Source of the DNA: Ruminococcus sp. Zagget11
GTDB taxonomy: Bacteria; Bacillota; Clostridia; Oscillospirales; Ruminococcaceae
NCBI GenBank assembly: GCA_001941135.1
Contig: MSHL01000049.1
Location: 497-64,496, forward strand
Direction: 5' to 3'
Length of the DNA: 64,000 bases
Part shown: piece by piece, positions 40,985 to 51,537 of the stretch
How positions within the stretch are numbered: the stretch's first letter is position 1
Layout of the letters: every line of letters begins with the position of its first letter
The notes under the pieces: generated by a model
What the model was told of the DNA's origin: nothing
The model's database searches: none
Seen by the model: only the letters and a program-made list of their open reading frames with translations
Position numbers and translations under genes: made by a program

Positions 40985-41593
40985 TTACAAAGCATGGCAG
41001 CCCTCAAGGTATTTCCGCAAGCACCTCAATTCCCCTATGTATACACACTCCAGCTCCGGCATTTGAGTGTAATCATTGGGACGCATAAGTGAAGGAACCT
41101 TTGGCAGACACAGAGCGTTGCTGTCGGTAAGAATTGTCGCCACAAATTCCGAACAGAAGTAATGTCTGCGCCGTTTATAGGCAATTCCTAGCTTGCATAG
41201 AAACAATCCTATGATATTATACTCAAACCGCTTGCGGTGACGCATCATTTTCTTAACCTCGTGTCTTGCGCGGTTATAGGAATCGCTGTCAACCTGTATT
41301 CTGAAAAGTGCGCAGGGCATTTGCTCGTTAATTTTATATATTCCCTTATTAAGAGGTTCGGTACGAAGTCCTGCGGGTAATGGGAAGTTGACATATTTCC
41401 TGGAAAAGCTGTATACATCATGCAAATCGGCATCAAAGGCTATGGCAGCATGGGTGTATTTATCATTTGTAAACAATGCTATGATCTTTGAAATAATGGT
41501 ATCGAATTTTGTCAATAATATGTAGATACTGTTTTGTGGTGTAACAAGGTCATTCTCTGAAATAATTGATACTGATCCCTTTGCCGACACCAT
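40985..41593 (-). CDS. Hypothetical protein, permuted papain-like (NlpC/P60, YiiX-like)
   Basis: YTHAAI precedes Y..YFCSEFV (His before Cys). Confidence 0.6.
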   Translation of the reverse strand: MVSAKGSVSIISENDLVTPQNSIYILLTKFDTIISKIIALFTNDKYTHAAIAFDADLHDVYSFSRKYVNFPLPAGLRTEPLNKGIYKINEQMPCALFRIQVDSDSYNRARHEVKKMMRHRKRFEYNIIGLFLCKLGIAYKRRRHYFCSEFVATILTDSNALCLPKVPSLMRPNDYTQMPELECVYIGELRCLRKYLEGCHAL

Positions 41594-41637
41594 TATTCAC
41601 CGCCCTTTATAAATATAATATAACGCATATTCATATA

Positions 41638-42882
41638 TCAACCTACCTTTACACCGCCCAAGGGACGAATGTACAGCTTATAGCAGCTGCCCTCTCCGAA
41701 AACCTTTTCCATTTCCGCCGAGTAGCTGTCGGTAAGCTCTGTAGGCACAAACGCCTGTATTGTTCCTGCAAATCCGCCGCCGTGTACTCTTGTAGCGCCT
41801 CTCCCGCCAAGAAGCATTTCGGACATATAAAGTCCTATTACAAGTCCCTGTTCATCGGAATGACCTGCGGCAAATATATTTTGCAGATATTTAAAGGAGC
41901 TGTTGCCGCTTTCGCTGACCAAAGACAGAAAACGGTCTATATTGCTTTCCTTAAGCGCATTGGCTTCAAGCCCCACACGTTCGTTGTCATCAAAGAAATG
42001 GAACGCCCTTGCAACCGCCCTGTCGCCGCATTTCTCCCTAAGGGGAATAATATTATCTATTACATCCTGCTTGGAAATATCCCTAAGCTCACTCTTGCCA
42101 AAATACGCCGCAACCGACTTCATCTCTACGGGAATAGCTGCGTATTCGGGGGTAAGATCTGCATGATTTCCCTTGGTATCAACGATACAAAGATTATATC
42201 CCGATGCGGAAAAATCATAGGGTATAGCCTCGATAATCGGATTATCCGTATCGGCGAAATCTATGGTAATGAATCCTCCCACGGACGATGCCATTTGATC
42301 CATAAGTCCCGACGGCTTGCCAAAATACACATTTTCCGCATATTGAGCTATCTGCGCTATCTTAACAGCACTTATATTGCCCTCATTGTAAAGATGTGAA
42401 AGGATAGTTCCGATCAGCACCTCGAATGCGGCGGATGAGGAAAGTCCGCTTCCCTTAAGCACGTTAGATGTGGTATATGCCTTAAATCCGCCCACAGAGC
42501 CGCCTTCATTTAAAATTCCCGCAGCTACTCCCCTTATAAGCGCAGCAGATGTATTCCTTTCGCTCTCCTGCACGGAAAGGTCACTTAAATCTACACTGTC
42601 GGGATCAAATCCCTCGGATTTCACGGAAATGATATTATCATCTGTAGGAACGACAGCAGCAATAACATCAAGTCCAACGGCAGCAGCCAAAACCCTGCCC
42701 CTGTTGTGATCGGTATGGTTACCTCCTACCTCCGTTCTTCCCGAAGCGGAAAAAAAAGTAATGTCACCGCAGCTACCGTATATTTCCTTAAAAGAATCAG
42801 CCACAGCCGCATATCTCTCCGTCTGTGCCTGAACGGCATCCGAACCGTAAAGCTTTTCCAAAAGAGTTTTATCTATGTTCAC
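41638..42882 (-). CDS. galK: Galactokinase family (GHMP) sugar kinase
   Basis: GRTEVGGNHTDHN, GSGLSSSAA, GLMDQ, RVHGGGFAG. Confidence 0.88.
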   Translation of the reverse strand: MNIDKTLLEKLYGSDAVQAQTERYAAVADSFKEIYGSCGDITFFSASGRTEVGGNHTDHNRGRVLAAAVGLDVIAAVVPTDDNIISVKSEGFDPDSVDLSDLSVQESERNTSAALIRGVAAGILNEGGSVGGFKAYTTSNVLKGSGLSSSAAFEVLIGTILSHLYNEGNISAVKIAQIAQYAENVYFGKPSGLMDQMASSVGGFITIDFADTDNPIIEAIPYDFSASGYNLCIVDTKGNHADLTPEYAAIPVEMKSVAAYFGKSELRDISKQDVIDNIIPLREKCGDRAVARAFHFFDDNERVGLEANALKESNIDRFLSLVSESGNSSFKYLQNIFAAGHSDEQGLVIGLYMSEMLLGGRGATRVHGGGFAGTIQAFVPTELTDSYSAEMEKVFGEGSCYKLYIRPLGGVKVG

Positions 42883-42896
42883 AACAAAAATCCTCC

Positions 42897-43487
42897 TTAC
42901 AGATATTTTTCAATGTCAATTTCTTTTTCTTTGTTTTCCAGTAAAAAGCCAAGGATATTCTCGTATGCGCCCTGAGGATTTTTCTTGATATTGCCGCAAA
43001 TTAAATCAGCCTGATCCTTATCCGGCGCATAGAATGTCAAATCCATCAAGTCACAGTCATCGCCCTTGACAGAGAAATGAACCAAACAGCCGTTGGATAT
43101 CTCCTCAATTTCACAGGAGAATGCGTTTTGAGCATCAAGCGCAATAAAATAGCGAAAGGCGGATTTAAGCAGTTTTCTGCGGTAAACGACAGGTATGGTC
43201 ATATTGAAATAGTCCGAACCCAGTCTACCCTTATCGGTAAGGGCAATTCTTGTACCGCACACTCCATTTTCGTCCACAAAATCCTCCGATACCACAGCGC
43301 CGCTTTCCGCAAGTCCGCTGAGTGCATCGGATAGATAGAAGTAGTTTATCACTCCGCTGTCCTCTGCTGCCAGACGCAGCTGTTCATCCGTAACGGTTCT
43401 GTCAAGCTTTTCTAGCAGGTAGCAAATCAGTACCTTTACACCATGCACCGAATTAAGCTCGCCTATCTGTGAAACATCCTCGTTCAT
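42897..43487 (-). CDS. DUF4364 family protein
   Basis: VKVLICYLL..INYFYL..LTDKG..DLMDLTFYAP pattern. Confidence 0.7.
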   Translation of the reverse strand: MNEDVSQIGELNSVHGVKVLICYLLEKLDRTVTDEQLRLAAEDSGVINYFYLSDALSGLAESGAVVSEDFVDENGVCGTRIALTDKGRLGSDYFNMTIPVVYRRKLLKSAFRYFIALDAQNAFSCEIEEISNGCLVHFSVKGDDCDLMDLTFYAPDKDQADLICGNIKKNPQGAYENILGFLLENKEKEIDIEKYL

Positions 43488-43498
43488 TGAAGCACTCC

Positions 43499-44590
43499 TT
43501 AAAAGTTGGGATAATCAAGCATATGAGAGAGAATTGCTATATTTGCGGCAGCCTCCACAACGGGAACAGCCCTCAATACAACGCAAGGGTCATGTCTGCC
43601 CTTTATCTCGATTGTTTCATTTTTGAGATCATGATAATCAACGGTTGCCTGTGGACGTGCAATAGATGGCGTAGGCTTAAAGGCTACACGGAATATAATA
43701 GGCATACCGTTGGAAATTCCTCCGAGAATTCCACCGCTGTTATTGGTCTTGGTTTTAACGTGACCCTGCTCGTCAACATAGAACTCGTCATTATGCTGAC
43801 TTCCAAGCATTGCAGGCGCTCTGAAGCCCGAACCGAATTCAATGCCCTTGACCGCGGGAATACCGAATACAAGCTGTGAAACGGTGTTCTCTATTCCCTC
43901 AAACATCGGCGAACCTACGCCTGCGGGAACGTTTATTACCGCACATTCCACAATTCCGCCCACACTGTCAAGGGATTCTCTCGCCTTGGCAATATCGTTG
44001 TACATTGCCTCGCCCTTCTTGTCCGAAAGCACGGGGATTTTCTTATGCCTTACGGCAATAATGGTTTCTCGGTCGATGTTACAGGGATCGAAAAGCTTGT
44101 CCTTGATGTTGTGTATTGCGGCGATATGTGCGCCGGTATATATTCCTCTATGTTCAAGAATCTGACCGCAGACAGCTCCCGCAAAAACAATGGGTGCGGT
44201 AAGTCTGCCCGAAAAATGCCCTCCACCACGCACATCGTTAAAACCCTTATACCTAAGCGCGCCTGTGTAGTCCGCATGACCGGGACGCGCAAGTCGGGAA
44301 ACATTTCCGTAATCAGCGGAATGCTGGTCGTTATTTCTGATAAGCGCCATAAGCGGAGTACCTGTGGTACGATTGTTAAGCACACCCGACATTATGCTCG
44401 GAATATCGCTCTCCTTGCGGTGAGTTGACGTAGCATCGTTTCTCGGCGCGCGTCTTGCCATAAACTCCGTGAGCTGCTCGGCATCAATGTACTCGCCTGC
44501 CGGAAGGTTGTCTATAACGACACCTATTCCGGGACCATGGGATTCACCAAAAATTGAAATGCTGATATTATGATTCCAAAATGAGGACAT
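43499..44590 (-). CDS. aroC: Chorismate synthase
   Basis: FGESHG, RPGHAD, GGGHFSGR, GGISNG, FKPTPSI, GRHDPC. Confidence 0.97.
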   Translation of the reverse strand: MSSFWNHNISISIFGESHGPGIGVVIDNLPAGEYIDAEQLTEFMARRAPRNDATSTHRKESDIPSIMSGVLNNRTTGTPLMALIRNNDQHSADYGNVSRLARPGHADYTGALRYKGFNDVRGGGHFSGRLTAPIVFAGAVCGQILEHRGIYTGAHIAAIHNIKDKLFDPCNIDRETIIAVRHKKIPVLSDKKGEAMYNDIAKARESLDSVGGIVECAVINVPAGVGSPMFEGIENTVSQLVFGIPAVKGIEFGSGFRAPAMLGSQHNDEFYVDEQGHVKTKTNNSGGILGGISNGMPIIFRVAFKPTPSIARPQATVDYHDLKNETIEIKGRHDPCVVLRAVPVVEAAANIAILSHMLDYPNF

Positions 44591-44622
44591 CTATACAACA
44601 TCTCCTTTCTAATTGCAGTAAT

Positions 44623-45849
44623 TTATACTTCGGTAAAAATTCCTCCAAGGGAGGCATAATCCTCGAAAAACTTAGGATAACTCTTTCCCACATCCTGCGC
44701 ATTCGTTATAGTTACGGGATTATCGGAACGAGTTGCCGCAATTGCCGCCGCCATAACTATTCTGTGATCCTTGTGGGAATCCACCGTTCCGCCCTTAAAG
44801 CTGTCAATCGGCTCCGTTTCAAGGTAGTCGTCCCCAACCGTTACTCTTCCGCCCAGTGCGTTAAGAGTTTCAGCCGTAACCGCCAGTCGGTCACATTCCT
44901 TGATTTTAAGTCTTGCGGCATTGTAAAGCCGTGATTTTCCCTTGGTAAAGCTACCGAGAACGGCAAGTATGGGTACAAGATCGGGAATATCGGACACATC
45001 AACGGAAAATGGTTTCATTTCGTTAGTGCAGCCGTTTACTATATCAACTATCGCCCTGTCTCCCTGAACAGTGTCGGGGTTAAGATTATTTATCTTAATA
45101 TACGATCCCAGTGCGTTAGCCGTGAAAAAGAAAGCTGCCTGAGAATAATCGCCCTCAACCGAACCGTCACAGGGCTTATAACGCTGATTGCCCTTAACAA
45201 GGTAAATGGGCAGACCGTCCATTGAGGATTCAACAATCCTTACGCCAAACTGTGACAGTACAGCCACAGTCATATCCGCATAGGGCTTGGACTGGAGCGG
45301 CGAGGTAAGCTTAATTATACTGTCCTCACTGCAAAGGGGAAGCGCAAACATAAGTCCTGTTATATACTGGGAGGAAACATCGCCCTCCATCAGATACTCC
45401 CCTGCCTCTAATTTTCCCTCAATCGTAGGGGGGAGTCCAAGCTCTCTGTCAAAGCGTATACCCTTTTTGCCAAGCTCCCTTATATAGGCGGTGACGGGTC
45501 TGTTAGGAAGATTGGCATGACCGTTAAAAACCGCCCTTGTACCCAGTGCCGCCGCAATGGGAATAAGGAATCTGAGTGTTGAACCGCTTTCGCCGCAGTC
45601 AATATCGGCATTTAAGGCGGGCGTACCTATTCCCTTAACGGTGTAATCACTTCCGCATGATGATATTTCTGCACCCAGTGATTCCATTGCCGAGCAGGTG
45701 GCCTTTATATCATTTGACGCAGTAATATTGCTTATATGGGAAACTCCGTCAGCAAGTGCCGCCGCAATTAACATACGGTGGGAATAGCTTTTGGATGAGG
45801 GCGCATTTACAGTGCCCTTAAGCCTTGACGGTGTTATTTTTATATTCAT
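44623..45849 (-). CDS. aroA: 3-phosphoshikimate 1-carboxyvinyltransferase
   Basis: SKSYSHR, GESGSTLRF, SSQY, KECDR, DHRIVM, KSYP. Confidence 0.96.
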   Translation of the reverse strand: MNIKITPSRLKGTVNAPSSKSYSHRMLIAAALADGVSHISNITASNDIKATCSAMESLGAEISSCGSDYTVKGIGTPALNADIDCGESGSTLRFLIPIAAALGTRAVFNGHANLPNRPVTAYIRELGKKGIRFDRELGLPPTIEGKLEAGEYLMEGDVSSQYITGLMFALPLCSEDSIIKLTSPLQSKPYADMTVAVLSQFGVRIVESSMDGLPIYLVKGNQRYKPCDGSVEGDYSQAAFFFTANALGSYIKINNLNPDTVQGDRAIVDIVNGCTNEMKPFSVDVSDIPDLVPILAVLGSFTKGKSRLYNAARLKIKECDRLAVTAETLNALGGRVTVGDDYLETEPIDSFKGGTVDSHKDHRIVMAAAIAATRSDNPVTITNAQDVGKSYPKFFEDYASLGGIFTEV

Positions 45850-45864
45850 AAATTTTCTCCTCAA

Positions 45865-46926
45865 TCATTCCTGCGAAATAAATTCCGTAAACTCATCTAT
45901 AGACATTTTTACAGGCGAGGAGCAGCCAACATCGGAGCAAATAATTACCCTTATACTTGAGCCTGCACGCTTTTTATCGTTAAAGCAGGCATTGCCCAGC
46001 TCATTTGGCTTAGGTTCAATGGTTATTTTCAGGGAATATCTTTCAAGGCAGTCGGAAAGCCTTTGGGATAGCGACGGGTCACACAGTCCCCTCTTCGCCG
46101 CAAGAGCGGTTATCATTTCCATGCCCACGGCAACCGCCCGTCCGTGGCTTATTCCGACATAATTATAATACTGCTCAATGGAGTGACCGAGAGTATGTCC
46201 GAAATTCAGCAGCATTCTTTCGCCCACATCGAACTCGTCAGCCTCCACAACATCGCGCTTTATGGTAACGCAGCGGCAGATAACATCCTCCATGACCTCG
46301 TTTATATCATCAATAGTGTGATTCATGAGAATTTCAAAAAGTTCCGCAGACTTTATCATTCCGTACTTGACAACCTCGCCCATTCCGTCTATAAGGAAGT
46401 CCCTCGGAAGCGTTGAAAGGGCATCTATATCGCATATAACCAAGCGAGGCTGCTTAAAGGCACCCACAAGGTTCTTGCCCTCGGGAATATCAATAGCGGT
46501 TTTTCCTCCCACAGAGGAATCAACCTGCGCCAGCAGTGATGTGGGGATTTGTACGTAATCCATTCCCCTTAGATACGTAGCGGCGGCATATCCTGCCATA
46601 TCACCGGTAACGCCGCCTCCCAGAGCAATTATACAGTCCGTTCTGGTAAGGTGATTTTCCGCAAGGAAGCCGTATATTTTAATAAGGGTTTCATGAGATT
46701 TGGAGCTTTCACCGTGAGGGAAAACAAAATGGAAAACCTCAAAGCCCTGTTCCTTAAGCGAATTTGATACAACGTCAAAATACAGCGGTGAAACATTGTC
46801 ATCGGTTATAACCGCAAACCTTTCTGTGGAAACAGCGTTCTTCACAAGCTCCCCCGCCTTTGAAAGCAGACCGTTTCCGATAATCACGTCATATTTTCCC
46901 GAGGCATTTACTGTAATGGTATGCAT
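45865..46926 (-). CDS. aroB: 3-dehydroquinate synthase
   Basis: GGGVTGD, PTSLLAQVDSSVGGK, LNFGHTLGH, HGRAV. Confidence 0.96.
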   Translation of the reverse strand: MHTITVNASGKYDVIIGNGLLSKAGELVKNAVSTERFAVITDDNVSPLYFDVVSNSLKEQGFEVFHFVFPHGESSKSHETLIKIYGFLAENHLTRTDCIIALGGGVTGDMAGYAAATYLRGMDYVQIPTSLLAQVDSSVGGKTAIDIPEGKNLVGAFKQPRLVICDIDALSTLPRDFLIDGMGEVVKYGMIKSAELFEILMNHTIDDINEVMEDVICRCVTIKRDVVEADEFDVGERMLLNFGHTLGHSIEQYYNYVGISHGRAVAVGMEMITALAAKRGLCDPSLSQRLSDCLERYSLKITIEPKPNELGNACFNDKKRAGSSIRVIICSDVGCSSPVKMSIDEFTEFISQE

Positions 46927-47071
46927 TGATAACACCCTTTCAAAAACAAATGACCCTGCAAGTCAATCCGTACAACAGAGTCACAAAACATGTCAAAACT
47001 ACAAAACAGCACTCTAACCTATACCTATACTATGTATACTACATATAGTATGTATACTACCTATAATAGTT

Positions 47072-47100
47072 AGTATAACCTTTTTTGTGCTAATTGTCAA
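47072..47100 (-). promoter_or_regulatory. SigA promoter of the aroB-aroA-aroC-galK operon
   Basis: TTGACA-17 bp-TATACT. Confidence 0.75.
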
Positions 47101-47143
47101 TAGCTTTTAAACAATTTTAAATGTATTTTAATAAAGCCAAGGA

Positions 47144-47190
47144 TAAAAGCCACCGACCAAGTTGAGCCTTTTGTCGGTGGCTTTATTGCT
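47144..47190 (-). terminator. Terminator after spoIVB
   Basis: taaaagccaccgac..gtcggtggctttta. Confidence 0.75.
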
Positions 47191-47201
47191 TTTCTCTGTG
47201 T

Positions 47202-48426
47202 CTATGCCGCTGCATCCTCTGCATATTCCAGCATGGTATCCGCAAAAATGGCATATCCCTTTTCCGGATCGCTTACTAAAACGTGGGTAACCGTGCCCAC
47301 AAGCTTCCCGTTCTGTATAATCGGGCTTCCGCTCATACCTTGTACTATCCCGCCCGCTTTTTTCAGCAGGCGTTCATCAGTCACCTTTATCACCATATTG
47401 CGGCAGTCCTCTCTGTCGCTTAAATCAATGCTTTCTATCTCTATCTCGTACTTTTCGGGCTGTGTTCCATTAATCGTTGCGTATATTTCCGCTTTTTCCC
47501 GTTACAATCTCCTGACGCATTGCCACCTCTATGGGCTCGTTTGCTATAGGCTGTTCATCCATAGTTCCGTATACGCCTGCCTCACAGTTCACCTTTAGAA
47601 TTCCCGTGTCCTTTTCCGATATAAATGCACCGGACAGCTCTCCGGGATTTCCCCCTATACTCTTTTTAATTCCTGTTATATAAACCGCCGCCGTACTGCC
47701 CTCCGACATGGTGAGAATTTCTCCCGTATCATTGTCACAGACAGGATGTCCCAGTCCCGCAAAGGTCTTTGTTGACGGATCGTAAAAGGTTACCGTTCCT
47801 ATTCCCGCGGAGCTGTCACGCACCCACATTCCGGCGTGATATGCATCATCGGCTGCCGATTTTTGAGGCTGAACATAAACTACTTGACTCTCGCTGTCCC
47901 TTACTATTTCCACAGCAAGAATATCGCCGCCGCTGGCGGAAATAATATCTGAAACCTCTCTGTTTGAATGAACCTCTTGTCCCGATATGCTGATGATAAA
48001 ATCGCCCTCGGTTATACCCGCATCCTTTGCGGGGGAAACTATTTCCGTTCCGTTGTCAAAACCGCTCAGCTCTATAACGATCACACCCTCGGTAGTCATT
48101 TTAATTCCGAATGGTGTACCGCAGGGAATAACAAGATGTGCGTCTGTTTCGGTCACTTCCACCCTTTTTATAGGAAATATTCCCCAAAGCATAAGCTGCT
48201 CACTGTGAGTTTCCGTGCCGAATATCGCTGCTTGCCTTGCATCGCTGTAAACGTCTGATTTAATTGTGCGGGAGGTAACACTTATATTGTCGCTGAGGAC
48301 AAGTGTGCTGTTTCTCGTCACCGAATAGCTGTCTGGCAGCTTCAGACTGTAATATGCAATAATTCCCATTACCGTAAGCAATGTGCCGAACATCAGGGCT
48401 TTTACTACTTTGCAAGCTGTCCTCAT
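47202..48426 (-). pseudogene. spoIVB: SpoIVB signalling peptidase, frameshifted in an A5 run (47493-47497)
   Basis: PDZ domain, WVRDSSAGIGTVTF, GLGH, GIVQGMSGSPIIQNG; removing one A joins the two ORFs. Confidence 0.9.
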
Positions 48427-48822
48427 TTTACCTTCCTTTGATTTGACCGCCATGATGTGTCTGTGGAAGATGATTTTCATCCTCCGACATTTAATATCTG
48501 CACAACAGGGCTTTTTTATTAAAGTTTTATATTGGCGATAACCGCAGACCTTTCCGTTTTGCCGAAGCAAAAGCACCGAAAATACTGCTGCTTACATAAA
48601 TTCGATCATAATATGCAAAAATTTATGTATATTTACAGAAATATACCCGCTGTTTTCTATTTAATTATCACCTGTACCCACCGAAAATCCCGTCGATTTT
48701 CCGAATGGGACAAAAATTTTACAATTTAGGCTTAAATTGTGTTGATTAACGCTTTCAAATATGTTAGAATATATAGTATAGTTGTTTGTATACACAAATT
48801 TTTGTTCCCGTAGGAGGATAAT

Positions 48823-49290
48823 ATGGAAATATTTCGTAAAATATCTCTTGTTTGCGGCTGCTTGGCTGTGGCGGTCTGCTGCCTGTTTTTAAACGTGATA
48901 GGCGGCATGGGACTTATGTCAAACGGATATGAATCCGGCGGTATCTGCCTTATTGTATCATCGGCACTCTTGCTTATCGCCGTTATTTTAGCTTTTTCAA
49001 AAAGAACTCCGATCAGCATTATAGCCGCCGTATTGTGCGCTGTCGGGACAATTTTGTATGCAATACCCATTGCGCAGCTTAACTCTATACCCGACGCACA
49101 GGTTGCAAAGCAGGATATTGAGGTGCTTACCGGCAGGATTTATCCTGCTATTATAGCTACAATTTTCATTGCCTGCGCGATTTTTGCAAATATTATGTCA
49201 TATGACAACCGCACCAAGCGCGCCGAACGCAAGGAGAAGCGAATTTTGGAAAAGCAAAGACCTCTCACCGATGAAGAGAAAATTATATAG
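48823..49290 (+). CDS. Hypothetical membrane protein
   Basis: Four hydrophobic segments, AGGAGG RBS. Confidence 0.7.
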   Translation: MEIFRKISLVCGCLAVAVCCLFLNVIGGMGLMSNGYESGGICLIVSSALLLIAVILAFSKRTPISIIAAVLCAVGTILYAIPIAQLNSIPDAQVAKQDIEVLTGRIYPAIIATIFIACAIFANIMSYDNRTKRAERKEKRILEKQRPLTDEEKII

Positions 49291-49307
49291 GTTTAGGATG
49301 ATATCCA

Positions 49308-50321
49308 ATGAATGTTACTATAAAAGATGTTGCCAAGGCAGCGGGAGTTTCCGTGGCGACAGTTTCAAGGGTGCTTAACAACAGCAGTGCAGTATTGCCG
49401 ACTACCGCCGAAAATGTGGAAAAGGTAATTAAGGATTTGGACTACAGCCCCAATTTTCTCGGCAGAAATCTCCGAAAATGCGAAACAAAAAATATACTTG
49501 TTATAGTCCCATCCACCGATCAGAATGTCTACAGTCAGATAATTAAGGGAATACAGGATGCCGCAAGTCCCGAATACGATGTGCTTATAAGCACCAGCTA
49601 CAGCTACCTTAATACGGAAATGCGCCTGCTTAATATGCTCTTTAACCGCACTGTTGACGCCGCTGTACTTATGGGTACACAGCTTGATGCCGAAACCCTT
49701 AATGAGTTAAATTCTCGGTACAGCATTGCCCTTTGCTGTGAGAGAGTTGAACAGGCAAATGTACTTACCGTAACCTGCGACAATGAAAAGGGCGCCTATG
49801 ATGCAGTTTCATTCTTTGCAAAAAAGGGATTTGACCGTATCGGAATGGTTACCACATCAAACAGGGTAATTTCCAGTGTTGACCGTGAAAAGGGCTATAT
49901 GCGCGCCCTTTCCGACAATGGACTAAGCTATGACGAAAAGCTGATATATCACTGCTCCTATGAGTATACGGACGGTTTTGCCGCACTGGATTATTTTTGG
50001 GATATGAAAAATCCTCCTCGAGCTGTTTTCTGCATTTCCGATCTCTTGGCTATCGGCATGACTAAACGTGCCGCCGAAAGAGGCATCGAAATAGGCAAGG
50101 ATTTGCAGATATGCGGATTTGACAACATTTCCCTAAGCAGTATGTACATACCGGAGCTAACAACGGTTGCGCAGCCCTGCTACGAAATGGGCAGCTTAGT
50201 AGTTAAAAAACTCCTTGAAAAGATGACCACGGGAAAGGAAAACAATGAAACCATACTCCTGCCTCACAGGCTAATATACAGAAGCTCCGCACCCTCCGAT
50301 GACGGATTGACCGATAACTAA
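49308..50321 (+). CDS. LacI-family transcriptional regulator
   Basis: TIKDVAKAAGVSVATVSRVLN, GFDN, LTTVAQP. Confidence 0.95.
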   Translation: MNVTIKDVAKAAGVSVATVSRVLNNSSAVLPTTAENVEKVIKDLDYSPNFLGRNLRKCETKNILVIVPSTDQNVYSQIIKGIQDAASPEYDVLISTSYSYLNTEMRLLNMLFNRTVDAAVLMGTQLDAETLNELNSRYSIALCCERVEQANVLTVTCDNEKGAYDAVSFFAKKGFDRIGMVTTSNRVISSVDREKGYMRALSDNGLSYDEKLIYHCSYEYTDGFAALDYFWDMKNPPRAVFCISDLLAIGMTKRAAERGIEIGKDLQICGFDNISLSSMYIPELTTVAQPCYEMGSLVVKKLLEKMTTGKENNETILLPHRLIYRSSAPSDDGLTDN

Positions 50322-50335
50322 ATGGTGATATATTT

Positions 50336-51535
50336 ATGATAAATGGTGAAAATGTACTTTTGGGCGTAAGCGCGGGAATTGCCGCCTACAAGTCCGCTTA
50401 TCTTGCAAGACTGCTCAAAAAAGCGGGATGTAACGTCCATGTTATTATGACGCCGAATGCCGTGAACTTTATAACGCCCCTTACCTTTGAATCTCTTACG
50501 GGAAACAAATGCGTGGTGGATACCTTTGACAGGAATTTTCAATTTAATGTGGAACACGTTGCACTGGCAAAATTGGCTGATGCGGTTATTATCGCGCCTG
50601 CCTCCGCCGATGTGGTGGGAAAGCTTGCCTGCGGTATTGCTGATGATATGCTTACCACAACCGTTATGGCGTGCAAATGCAAAAAAATCATTGCCCCCGC
50701 CATGAACCACAATATGTACCATAATCCGATTGTGCAGGATAATCTTGCCAAGCTGGAGAAATACGGTTTTTCGGTCATTCCTCCCGAAAGGGGTATGCTT
50801 GCCAACGGAGATATGGGGGACGGGCGTATGCCCTCGGAGCAAACCCTGTTTCAATGGGTTGAAAGAGAGTTGTCGGAGCCAAAGGATCTTTCAGGGTTAA
50901 GGGTTCTTGTGACTGCGGGGGCGACTCAGGAATCCATCGACCCTGTGAGATTTATCACAAACCATTCCACGGGTAAAATGGGTGTGGCTGTCGCATATGC
51001 GGCTATGCTGAGAGGCGCGCAGGTTACTCTTGTAAAGGGTCATACCGAGGTAGACGACCCGCCATTTGTAAAGACAATAACCGCCGTTTCCGCCGCAGAT
51101 ATGTTCAGTGCTGTTGTTTCCTGCGCAGAAGATGCGGATATTATCATCAAGGCTGCCGCGGTGGCTGATTACCGTCCTGTGCAGGCTGCCGACCATAAGC
51201 TGAAAAAGGGCGATAACGATATGACAATTCAGCTTGCGAGGACACGGGACATTTTGGCATATTTGGGTGAGCATAAGCATAAGGGACAGATTTTATGCGG
51301 ATTTTCCATGGAAACGGAAAATCTTGTTGAAAATTCCCGCGGAAAGCTAAAGCGAAAAAATTTGGATATAATCGCCGCCAATTCCCTTAAAACAGAGGGC
51401 GCAGGCTTCGGAACGGATACAAACGTTTTGACGATAATCACTCCGAATAAAGTAAAAGAGCTTGAAAAAATGTCAAAGACAGATGCGGCAAACGCACTGC
51501 TTGACGAAATTATCACACTGAAAAACGGAGAATAA
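50336..51535 (+). CDS. coaBC: Phosphopantothenoylcysteine decarboxylase / phosphopantothenate-cysteine ligase
   Basis: GIAAYKS, PAMN, IDPVRFITNHSTGKMG, AAAVADY. Confidence 0.96.
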   Translation: MINGENVLLGVSAGIAAYKSAYLARLLKKAGCNVHVIMTPNAVNFITPLTFESLTGNKCVVDTFDRNFQFNVEHVALAKLADAVIIAPASADVVGKLACGIADDMLTTTVMACKCKKIIAPAMNHNMYHNPIVQDNLAKLEKYGFSVIPPERGMLANGDMGDGRMPSEQTLFQWVERELSEPKDLSGLRVLVTAGATQESIDPVRFITNHSTGKMGVAVAYAAMLRGAQVTLVKGHTEVDDPPFVKTITAVSAADMFSAVVSCAEDADIIIKAAAVADYRPVQAADHKLKKGDNDMTIQLARTRDILAYLGEHKHKGQILCGFSMETENLVENSRGKLKRKNLDIIAANSLKTEGAGFGTDTNVLTIITPNKVKELEKMSKTDAANALLDEIITLKNGE

Positions 51536-51537
51536 GC

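Noticed and set aside
48721-48760. Palindrome acaattta..taaattgt and a cre-like half-site before the LacI-coaBC operon
   Set aside because: The match is weak and AT-rich and cannot be assigned to a regulator from sequence alone.
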